This document shows positions 1 to 8,064 of a stretch of 64,000 bases of DNA, one piece after another. This DNA comes from Candidatus Bathyarchaeia archaeon (GTDB lineage Archaea; Thermoproteota; Bathyarchaeia; Bathyarchaeales; Bathycorpusculaceae): contig JBEKOM010000011.1 in the NCBI GenBank assembly GCA_049521795.1, positions 39,634 through 103,633 of the forward strand, given 5' to 3'. A program made the position numbers and the translations under genes. The notes under the pieces were generated by a model. The model was not told the DNA's origin and searched no databases. It saw nothing but the letters and a program-made list of their open reading frames with translations. The first letter of the stretch is position 1. Every line of letters begins with the position of its first letter.

Positions 1-277
1 GCTTGCCAATATCAGCTTGACTGCAAGGGAAGAGTTGAAGAAGGACAAAATCGTCGTCAGTGTCGTGTACCCGTACATGACGCTCACAGATTTCGAGAAG
101 AACACGATTAAAGACGTTGTTCTCGAGGGAGCGGAGCAGAATGGTGGCCCTCCCTTTCCAGCTGACACGGCAGAGTATGTGGCACAGAAGATACTGGAAG
201 GAATAGAAACCGGAGAAGCAGAAATCTTTGCACACGACTGGATGAAAGGAAGAGCCAACACAAACTCGGTTGGATGA
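1..277 (+). CDS. Short-chain dehydrogenase/reductase, C-terminal part (5' truncated by window)
   Basis: Frame is open from the window edge; LANISLTAREEL...IVVSVVYP...TDF...AEYVAQKILEGI matches an SDR C-terminus. Confidence 0.7.
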   Translation, partial: LANISLTAREELKKDKIVVSVVYPYMTLTDFEKNTIKDVVLEGAEQNGGPPFPADTAEYVAQKILEGIETGEAEIFAHDWMKGRANTNSVG

Positions 278-419
278 AGCTTAGCGCACCGCGCGCGTGG
301 CATAAAGTGTGCGTGCAACGGTGATAGGCCCGCCTATTCGAGGGCCCAAATATGTTCTGATTTCGAAAGCTCGCTCTTGAGGTTTAAGGTTTATATGTTT
401 TCGTGTTGAAGCTTCTGTT

Positions 420-1325
420 ATGCCACATAGGCGCGGGAGGTCTCACGGACTTAGAAATGCGCTCATCGTCGCAGTAGTCCTGATGCTTATCCTTGGCATC
501 GTAGTTGCGGCTTATCGGATGAGCGGCGGCGGACCGGCTAGTGCCAGTCCTCCCACGTTTTCGTATGTGTCGAGCAATTCAACGGTAGTAGGTTCATCAT
601 GTACCTTCAGTGCTCTATGGGCGGATAATGCGAACGTAAGCGGTTACATTTTCGAAACCAACAACACTGGCGCATTCGTTAATGACACGTGGACACCGTT
701 CTCCCGTTTCGTAGGTCCCACATCCAGCAATGCCACGGTTACCAAGACGTTGGATAACACGATCGGCGACGTCGTTCAATGGAGATTCTGGTGCAACGAC
801 ACTGACAACAATTGGAACGCGGTTCCAACGCAGAGCTTTTTCGTTGACAAGGCGGTTCTTCTCGTGACAAGCATGGGAAATATAACGATCGAACTCTACG
901 ATGACATGCCAATTACAACGGATAACTTCAAGAATCTAGTCGGCACTGGAGCGTATGATGGAACCCTCTTTAGCAGAGTTGCCTATGGTTTTGTGATCCA
1001 AGGCGGAGACACTACGCCCAAGGGCATAACGGTGCCTCCGATTCAGGATGAACTTCCTAACAAGCACAGCAACGTGCGCGGAGCAGTGGCCATGGCCAAA
1101 ACAAGCCAAGCCAACTCTGCAACGAGCCAGTTTTTCATAGACTTGAACGACGCCAACGCTGCCAGTTTGGACGGCAATTACACGGTCTTCGGCAACGTGA
1201 TATCAGGCATGGACGTCGTCGACGCTATCGGCCAGGTGCCCATCACCCCCACGAATCCCCAGAACCCGACTGACGGCACGCCAAATCAGGACATAACCAT
1301 CATATCAGCACAATTCACCCAATAA
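420..1325 (+). CDS. Membrane-anchored cyclophilin-type peptidyl-prolyl isomerase with an extra beta-rich extracellular domain
   Basis: N-terminal TM helix; C-terminal TSMGNITIELY, FSRVAYGFVIQGGD, GAVAMAK, SATSQFFI, YTVFG cyclophilin motifs. Confidence 0.88.
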   Translation: MPHRRGRSHGLRNALIVAVVLMLILGIVVAAYRMSGGGPASASPPTFSYVSSNSTVVGSSCTFSALWADNANVSGYIFETNNTGAFVNDTWTPFSRFVGPTSSNATVTKTLDNTIGDVVQWRFWCNDTDNNWNAVPTQSFFVDKAVLLVTSMGNITIELYDDMPITTDNFKNLVGTGAYDGTLFSRVAYGFVIQGGDTTPKGITVPPIQDELPNKHSNVRGAVAMAKTSQANSATSQFFIDLNDANAASLDGNYTVFGNVISGMDVVDAIGQVPITPTNPQNPTDGTPNQDITIISAQFTQ

Positions 1326-1414
1326 CAAGCAAGACGGGCGCTCTAAATGGTATGCAATCATTCGTTCTCTGAGGGTCAAGTAATCAGAGTAGTGCGCCAG
1401 GAAGAAATGTTGAT

Positions 1415-1825
1415 CTAAACCAGTCGGTCCTTGTTGGTCGTCATCACGGAGAATTTTATCTGTTTCACAGGCTTGTTTGCTTTCAGGCCGTCTACGAGGC
1501 TTTTCAGACGCTTAGGAGACCCTTTTACCACCATGACCTCCAGACAGCTGCTTTCCGTCAAGTGTGAATGAAGGTATGCGGCGATCATGTCGCTGAACTC
1601 GTGCTGGAGCCTGAACAGTTCCTCGTTTTTTTCTGTTTTTTCATAGAGCACCGTTATCGTGGCCATTATGTCTCCTTTGATTTCGTCGAGTTCTTTGTAC
1701 TCTGAAATGTATGTCCGAAGAGCCTGTCTTATCACCTCAGACCTTGATGCGAATCTTTCTTCTCCAAGGATTGCATCTAGCTCTTTCAGCAGCTCCTCGG
1801 GTAATGATAGACTGATTATTCCCAA
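1415..1825 (-). CDS. nikR: NikR-family (ribbon-helix-helix + ACT-like) metal-responsive regulator
   Basis: IISLSLPEELL..LD...SRSEVIRQALR RHH domain; QHEF, LHSHL, CLEV metal site; TTG start at 1825 after GAGG preferred over the ORF-track start at 1939. Confidence 0.85.
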   Translation of the reverse strand: MGIISLSLPEELLKELDAILGEERFASRSEVIRQALRTYISEYKELDEIKGDIMATITVLYEKTEKNEELFRLQHEFSDMIAAYLHSHLTESSCLEVMVVKGSPKRLKSLVDGLKANKPVKQIKFSVMTTNKDRLV

Positions 1826-2043
1826 CGTCCTCGCCTCAGCATCATGCAGTGTATTAACGTGGTCTTTTTCTAATAAGACTGACTGGAGCAGCTTATGAAT
1901 CGCCCGCGCGATAACGTTATCGAGATGGGACCCTCGCATGAGTCGTTGTGTTCAAGACGGCTTAGTCTCGTTTCCTTGAAGAGATGGTGGTGATGGCGGT
2001 ACCAGTTTTTGGATGCGGGTTCTTACGAGTTGGTGTCGGGCTG

Positions 2044-2838
2044 CTATGAGGTAATTTTCTCGCGCCATCTGATTACTATTACTACGGCGAAAATGGCAAC
2101 TCCGGACACTACCACCAAGGGGCCGGGAAGCACGTTGAAGTAGCTTGACAGTAGTATGCCTGAAATTGAGGAGATGGCACCGAAAATGGCGCTTAATGCA
2201 AGGTATCTAGAGAGATTTGCGCTTACTGTTCTTGCTGCTGCAGCGGGAGTCACCACCAAGAAACCGACGAGTAAAGTTCCAGTTATTCTTATTCCTATGG
2301 CCACAGTGAGGGAAACGAGTAACAGATACAGAAGATTCGTTCTAGCGATGTTGATGCCTTTTGAAACCGCGAGTTCCTCGGAGATCAATCCCAAGACAAT
2401 TTTCCTGTAGATGGCCCTTGTTAGTGCTACAACTGCAATTGAGATTACGATTGCAATTAACGCGTCTATCCAGCCAACTTTGGTTATGTCGCCGAACAAA
2501 GCTTCCAGTAAGTCGGGTTGGGGGACGAGAAGTATTCCTATTGCCAGCGCCAGAGTAAATACTGCGCCCACGAGGGTTTCGAATGAAAGTTTCGTGACTC
2601 TCCCGAGATACCATATTAGGACTGCCGAGGTGAAAAGGAAGGCAAATGCGCCGACAAACGGGTTGAAATGCAGCAAGATTCCTATTGCCAGTCCTGGTAG
2701 GGCTACGTGGGACAAAGCGTCGCCGACGAGGGCCATTTTTTCGAGTACCATTATGGATCCTAAGTAGCCCGCGGAAAGCCCAACTGCGATCCCCACAATC
2801 AGACTGAACAGTAGCGGCTCAACCATGGGGTTCACCAT
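2044..2838 (-). CDS. znuB: Zn/Mn ABC transporter permease (ZnuB-like)
   Basis: GDALSHVALPG, LFGDI, GTLLVGFLVVTPAAAA motifs; multiple TM helices. Confidence 0.9.
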   Translation of the reverse strand: MVNPMVEPLLFSLIVGIAVGLSAGYLGSIMVLEKMALVGDALSHVALPGLAIGILLHFNPFVGAFAFLFTSAVLIWYLGRVTKLSFETLVGAVFTLALAIGILLVPQPDLLEALFGDITKVGWIDALIAIVISIAVVALTRAIYRKIVLGLISEELAVSKGINIARTNLLYLLLVSLTVAIGIRITGTLLVGFLVVTPAAAARTVSANLSRYLALSAIFGAISSISGILLSSYFNVLPGPLVVVSGVAIFAVVIVIRWREKITS

Positions 2839-3520
2839 ATTCTCTGCAAACTGGCTCTCCGTAGATCAACTTCTGCGTATCCGGATTCATCACATCCTTG
2901 GATTTCCCGAAGAAAATCACGTGTCTGTTCAGGGCCAAGACATAATCCGAATATTCCCTGACTATGTGGAGGTCATGAGAAATCAGAAGGAGTGTAATCC
3001 CGTTTTCAGCCGTCATTTTTTTTAACATTCCATAAATGGCTTCTTCACCACCTAAGTCGATCCCGCTTGTAGGCTCGTCAAACAATAGAACATTGGGTTT
3101 GTCAATTATTGCCCAAGCGATCAAAACCCTTCGCAGTTGACCTCCTGACAAGGCATCGAGACTTTTTTCCAAGACAGTCTGACTATCCAGTCCGACAGAG
3201 GCAAGAGCGTTGCTAGCGTCCGAACCATCCTTGAATGACAAGAACTCCTTGACTGAAATCGGTATATCGTGCACCGACAAAATCTGAGGCACGTATCCTA
3301 CTTTGACCTTCCCGTTCCACTCGATCTTTCCCTTGTAGGGAATCAGACTTAGCAAAGCTCTAAACAGGGTCGTTTTGCCGGCGCCGTTTGGTCCGACTAT
3401 CGACAAGGTTATGCCTTTCTTGATCGTGAAACTAACGTTCTCCAGAATTTTCTGGTTTGAAATCTCTAAGCTCAGGTCGGACACGTTTAGGAAATACTCA
3501 TCAGTTACCATAAGAACCAA
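2819..3520 (-). CDS. znuC: Zn/Mn ABC transporter ATP-binding subunit (ZnuC-like)
   Basis: Walker A GPNGAGKTT, GYVPQ, LSGGQ, Walker B LLFDEP, SHD. Confidence 0.9.
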   Translation of the reverse strand: MVLMVTDEYFLNVSDLSLEISNQKILENVSFTIKKGITLSIVGPNGAGKTTLFRALLSLIPYKGKIEWNGKVKVGYVPQILSVHDIPISVKEFLSFKDGSDASNALASVGLDSQTVLEKSLDALSGGQLRRVLIAWAIIDKPNVLLFDEPTSGIDLGGEEAIYGMLKKMTAENGITLLLISHDLHIVREYSDYVLALNRHVIFFGKSKDVMNPDTQKLIYGEPVCREYGEPHG

Positions 3521-3627
3521 TCCAATTCAAATTAGAATGTCTAGCCCCACCGCTGACGCCACCAGGGCGCGTCTATGAAGAAGCGCATATGTCATTTTGG
3601 ACCATCCATGATCCGTGTAAACAAGGA

Positions 3628-3659
3628 TATTATTAACTTTTGCGCAAAAGTTAATAATA
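3628..3659. promoter_or_regulatory. Perfect 32-bp palindrome, candidate metal-regulator operator upstream of znuC-znuB
   Basis: TATTATTAACTTTTGC|GCAAAAGTTAATAATA is its own reverse complement; about 110 bp upstream of znuC. Confidence 0.65.
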
Positions 3660-3977
3660 ATGTCGGCGGCCGGGGCAAAGGACCAATAATCATGCCGAGC
3701 CACTCAAGAAAGTGCACGCGTCGGAATGTTCCGTTGAAGCTTCAGCTTCAGCGCGTGAGGATTTCAAGGTGCTTTGCGGCCGGCCCGCTTTGGAATAGGG
3801 TGATAATGCTTCTACGTGGGGATGACTCGGAACCTAGCTTTTGTGGAAACAGTCTCGGATTTTCGGTCGAATTGGTCTGAGAACAAGCCGGCTGCACATT
3901 TGCCCGGAGAAGTGATGAAACGTCTCAAGTATTCCTGTTGGCACTGTGGATGAAAAGAAAAGGGGGAGGAGCTGGCT

Positions 3978-5762
3978 TTATTTGGCACTGATTCTCTGTG
4001 GACTCGTGATTGGCACAGAGGGCTTCTGCTTGCGGACGAGCGTTGCGTTAGCGATTCTTTTCAGTGCGTTCATGTAGGCTGCGATGCGCATGTTGACCTT
4101 GTGTTCTTCTGCAACTGCAAAGACTTCGTTGAATGCGTTGACTATGGTACTCTGCAGTTTGCTGCGTACCTCTTCTTCAGACCAGTAGTAGTTCATTTGG
4201 TTCTGAACCTGTTCGAAGTAGCTCACGATTACGCCGCCTGAATTTGCCAGGATGTCTGGGATCACGAACACGCCGTTTCTGAACAGTATTTCGTCCGCCT
4301 CAGGCGTCGTGGGCCCATTTGCTCCTTCGGACACTATCTTTGATTTGATCTTGCCTGCATTCGTCTCAGTGATCTGGTTTTCCATTGCCGCGGGCACAAG
4401 GATGTCACATTCTAACTCCAGAAGTTCCCCGTTGGTTAGGCTTTTGCAGTTCTCATAGTCGATGACAGTTCCTCTTTCGTTTTTGTATTCTGAGACTTTT
4501 GCTGGGTCTAACCCTTCTGGACTGTAGATCGCGCCTTTGGAATCAGAGATTGCCACGATTCTGCATCCAAGCTCATGGAGCAGTTTTGCTGCGTGGTAGC
4601 CCACGTTTCCGAACCCTTGAACGGCAACGGTTGCTCCTTTGAGCTCTATGTTCAAGTGTCTTGCAGCTTCGACGATGGTGTACATCACTCCTCTGGACGT
4701 TGCTTCGACTCTTCCAAGTGAACCGCCTATGCAAACTGGTTTCCCTGTGACAACGCCGAAAGCGTTGCATCCGACCATCTGACTATACTCATCCATTATC
4801 CATGCCATCGTTTGTGCGTCCGTGTAAACATCTGGTGCGGGCACATCAGAGTATGGACCGATGAATCTTGCCAACGCGCGTGTGTAACCTCTTGTTAGCC
4901 TTTCCAGCTCTCCAGAAGACATCTCTTTCGGGTTGCAGCGTATTCCTCCTTTGCCGCCGCCAAGAGGGAGTCCTACGACCGCCGTTTTCAACGTCATCCA
5001 CGCAGACAGCGCTATGACCTCCTCAAGTGTCAGTTCAGGATGATATCTTATGCCGCCTTTTGTCGGACCCAAAGTGTCGTTGTACTGCACACGGTAACCC
5101 GTGAACACTCGCATGCTTCCATCGTCCATCACAACCGGGACATTGACGATCATTGTTCTCATTGGACGTTTGAGCATTTCGTGGATTCCCTCGTCCAGTT
5201 TCAGTTTTTCTCCCGCGATCTGCATCAGTTCCAGAACGGTTTTGTAGGGATTCGGCATCGTCGTTATGGGCGAAAGCGTTTCCGTTCTGATCGACAAAGC
5301 CGTCTGAGTCTTCTCAACCAGGTTTCGGAAGTTTTCTCTAGCCAGTTCACCGTTTCCTTCAGAAGTTCCAAAGAACCACTTGTAAGCCTCTATCACTGAT
5401 TCAGTTCTGCTTGCGACGAAGCCACTCGCAGATGTCATTCTGGGATTCGGAGAGAAGTAGTCGATGAGCACTCGAACCATGTTGACTTCGTCTCTGGACA
5501 GGGCAATCCATCTCTTAACCGGATAAGGCGCTTCCACGTGAACATATTCCGCTTCATTGATTTTTCTCTCAATTTCCTCAAGTATCTTCCAAGCGTCGGC
5601 TTCAGGAACGTCAAAGTTCTCCGAATACGTCGTTGTCAACGCATAATGAGCCGTAGAGTAGCTCTCAATCTTTGCGGCCAGCTCAGGTTTTTCAGAGAGA
5701 AACTCCGCCATCAGTTTTATCATTCCAAGTTCTCGGCCTGAAAGTTCTATCGAGCTTAACAT
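3978..5762 (-). CDS. gdhA: Glutamate dehydrogenase (Glu/Leu/Phe/Val DH family) with ~170-aa N-terminal extension
   Basis: GPTKGGIRYHP, TLKTA, LGGGKGG, DVPAPDV, QGFGNVG, EGANGP, PDILANSGGV; ATG at 5762 (ORF track opens at 5795). Confidence 0.92.
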   Translation of the reverse strand: MLSSIELSGRELGMIKLMAEFLSEKPELAAKIESYSTAHYALTTTYSENFDVPEADAWKILEEIERKINEAEYVHVEAPYPVKRWIALSRDEVNMVRVLIDYFSPNPRMTSASGFVASRTESVIEAYKWFFGTSEGNGELARENFRNLVEKTQTALSIRTETLSPITTMPNPYKTVLELMQIAGEKLKLDEGIHEMLKRPMRTMIVNVPVVMDDGSMRVFTGYRVQYNDTLGPTKGGIRYHPELTLEEVIALSAWMTLKTAVVGLPLGGGKGGIRCNPKEMSSGELERLTRGYTRALARFIGPYSDVPAPDVYTDAQTMAWIMDEYSQMVGCNAFGVVTGKPVCIGGSLGRVEATSRGVMYTIVEAARHLNIELKGATVAVQGFGNVGYHAAKLLHELGCRIVAISDSKGAIYSPEGLDPAKVSEYKNERGTVIDYENCKSLTNGELLELECDILVPAAMENQITETNAGKIKSKIVSEGANGPTTPEADEILFRNGVFVIPDILANSGGVIVSYFEQVQNQMNYYWSEEEVRSKLQSTIVNAFNEVFAVAEEHKVNMRIAAYMNALKRIANATLVRKQKPSVPITSPQRISAK

Positions 5763-5805
5763 ATCCTTTTCATCTCCCCATAGTCTCGATTTCAAAGCAC
5801 ATCGC

Positions 5806-6126
5806 TTAGCGCAATCCTCTGTCGACCGTTTTTATACCTTTGAAGCTCAGTGGAACCTCGGATACTTCCTCTTCAAACCTGAGCTCATACACATCTTTTG
5901 AACCACATTCTTGGCACTCTCTGGCTTTCAATCTGCACACTTGGCACGCTTCTGATTCCATTCCGATTCGAAGGCACAGGTCTTCCTTTCCGTCTCTGTG
6001 GCCGATGACCATGCCTACAAACTCAGTCCAAGTTATTCCGCAGCTAGCGCACGCGAATCTTCGCTTTCTCAGCTCCTCACTTGAATCTCTGCTTTTCATT
6101 TCTTGAAATATCTGTTCTAGTTTCAT
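5806..6126 (-). CDS. Small Cys-rich zinc-ribbon protein, probably co-transcribed with gdhA
   Basis: CASC, CQVC and CQECGS motifs; ATG MKLEQ after GGAG; ends about 44 bp before the gdhA start. Confidence 0.65.
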   Translation of the reverse strand: MKLEQIFQEMKSRDSSEELRKRRFACASCGITWTEFVGMVIGHRDGKEDLCLRIGMESEACQVCRLKARECQECGSKDVYELRFEEEVSEVPLSFKGIKTVDRGLR

Positions 6127-6349
6127 TTTACTCTCCCAACATTTTAAGCACATTTGGCCCTATTTATACGTTTTGTCCGATTTCAACTTAAATATTCGCA
6201 CATTTTAAGATAATCTCGCTATATAGTGCGGATAATGTCCCGCGATAATCGTTTTTCTTCTTGAGACATTCGACACTGTAAGATTTCAAGGGTCAAATCA
6301 TAGGATTTAAAAGCTTTGAACGCCTATTTTTCGGTTAAGAGGATGTAAG

Positions 6350-6829
6350 TTGGCTTCCAAAACGAAGATTGACGAAATTGACGTGAACGTCATTCGAGCT
6401 TTGCAGGAAGACGCGCGCACGAACTTTGCGGATATTGCCAAGGGTTGCAAGGTGTCTGTGGATACGATAAGCAAGAGGTTTGGGAGGTTGAGGAGAACCG
6501 GTGTTGTCAGAGGAACAACGATACTGCTGAACCCTAAGAGCTTTGGCTGTGATTGTGTTGCGAGCTTCGGAATTCGCGTCGAGTATCCTCACGTAGAGGA
6601 TGTCGTGGACTTTATCGAAAGGATGCCAGGGGTGGTTTTCTGCAGCCCATCTATGGGCAGACACAACATATTTGCAATAGCAGTGCTGGAAAACGTTGGC
6701 AGGTTGGGGCAACTGAAGGAGTCTATACAGGGACATCCCATGGTTAGGGAGGTGGCCACCAGCATATGGGTCGATGAGATACTGTTGTGTCCAAAGAACT
6801 TTGAATTCGAACAGCTTAGGAAGAAGTGA
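6350..6829 (+). CDS. Lrp/AsnC family transcriptional regulator
   Basis: IDEIDVNVIRALQEDARTNFADIAK...L..TGVV HTH plus RAM domain (GRHNI). Confidence 0.88.
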   Translation: MASKTKIDEIDVNVIRALQEDARTNFADIAKGCKVSVDTISKRFGRLRRTGVVRGTTILLNPKSFGCDCVASFGIRVEYPHVEDVVDFIERMPGVVFCSPSMGRHNIFAIAVLENVGRLGQLKESIQGHPMVREVATSIWVDEILLCPKNFEFEQLRKK

Positions 6830-6835
6830 CAAGGA

Positions 6836-7309
6836 TTGGACAAAACAGACCTTGCCATAATTGATAAGCTTACTGAGAATGCTCGCATGTCTTTCAGGAA
6901 GATTGCCAGGGAACTGGGTGTCTCACCTGATACGGTGGTGCACAGATACACTGCGCTGCAGAAAGAGGGAGCGATTCGCGGGTCCACGATCGTGATCGAC
7001 CCCCAGAAGATTGGGTACCAAGCAATGGCCGTGTTTGTGATCGACACCTCGCCTACGCACATACTGCCGCGTCAAAACAATCCTCCTGATTCATCAATGA
7101 TCTTGGACAGGCTCATTCATATGCCTAACATAATTGTGGCTGCGAAGAGTGTTGGAGACCACGATTTACTCGCTATCAGCGTGGTGATGAGTTTCGAGCA
7201 TTTGATCAAGGTGAGAGATGATATCGCCAGAATACCTGGAGTCAAAGACCTTCAGGTGTCTTTCTGGGTTAAGGATATGGAGATCTGCCCTAAATACTTC
7301 ATTGTTTGA
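6836..7309 (+). CDS. Lrp/AsnC family transcriptional regulator
   Basis: MDKTDLAIIDKLTENARMSFRKIARELGVS...L.KEGAI; GDHDL. Confidence 0.88.
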   Translation: MDKTDLAIIDKLTENARMSFRKIARELGVSPDTVVHRYTALQKEGAIRGSTIVIDPQKIGYQAMAVFVIDTSPTHILPRQNNPPDSSMILDRLIHMPNIIVAAKSVGDHDLLAISVVMSFEHLIKVRDDIARIPGVKDLQVSFWVKDMEICPKYFIV

Positions 7310-7536
7310 CCGCGCCGCACGTTTTTATTCTACAATGCAGGAAAGCTCAGTGTTTCCCAACCATGAGCCTAAAAGATTATCTCCCGCGAGAGTCTAAGAG
7401 AAGAGACGATCGCTTCTCTGCAATGGTGGGGCTTCGGATGATTTTTGTACGGAAAATCTGTTCTCCAGCCATGAGAACAAAAAAAGTTCTGAAGAGGAAT
7501 CAGAAGAACATCGGGATCAGTTACGTGACGAACGCG

Positions 7537-8064
7537 TTAGGACTTCTTTGTTGTCTCTTGTACGGCTTCTTGGAAGAGTTTCTTCACCGCTGTGATTCTT
7601 GCCTTCTGTGCCAGGACGTCGCTCGTGACGAGGTCTAGGGCTTCTTCTGGGCACCATTTGATGCATTGGGGCTCGCCTTTTTCTTTGCACAAGTCACAAA
7701 TGTAGACTACTTTGTCGTCTGGATGCAGCATGACTGCGCCGTAGTCGCAGGCTTCGATGCACCATCCGCAGCCGTTGCACTTGTCTTTGTCCACGGATAC
7801 GAGTCCTGTTTCTTCCGACTGAGTGAGCGCCTCTCTTGGGCATGCGGCAACGCAGGGCGGGTCTTCGCAGAGTCTGCAGGTGACTGCCATGTTTATCAGC
7901 TGGTTTATCCTGACGACGCGTATTCTGGATTTCAACGGGTTGAAGGCTTTTTCCTTAGTCCATGAGCAGATGTACTCGCACACTTGGCATCCTACGCACT
8001 TGTCTGGGTCTGCTGAAACGAATTTTCTATCATGAATCTTTACCATGGTTTTTCCTCCGGTCAC
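7537..8064 (-). CDS. 4Fe-4S dicluster electron-transfer subunit of AOR (AorA/CooF-like)
   Basis: CVGCQVCEYIC, CRLCEDPPCVAACP, CNGCGWCIEAC, CDLC...C...CP. Confidence 0.9.
   Translation of the reverse strand: MTGGKTMVKIHDRKFVSADPDKCVGCQVCEYICSWTKEKAFNPLKSRIRVVRINQLINMAVTCRLCEDPPCVAACPREALTQSEETGLVSVDKDKCNGCGWCIEACDYGAVMLHPDDKVVYICDLCKEKGEPQCIKWCPEEALDLVTSDVLAQKARITAVKKLFQEAVQETTKKS

Noticed and set aside
3575-3880. 101-aa ORF as the missing metal-binding protein
   Set aside because: Wrong strand, no signal peptide or His motifs, and it overlaps the operator-like palindrome.
6350-7309. Possible siroheme decarboxylase AhbA/AhbB (Lrp-like pair)
   Set aside because: No H.Y.R or N.(F/Y).M.H-type Ahb motifs, an ordinary Lrp HTH is present, and no heme synthesis genes are nearby.
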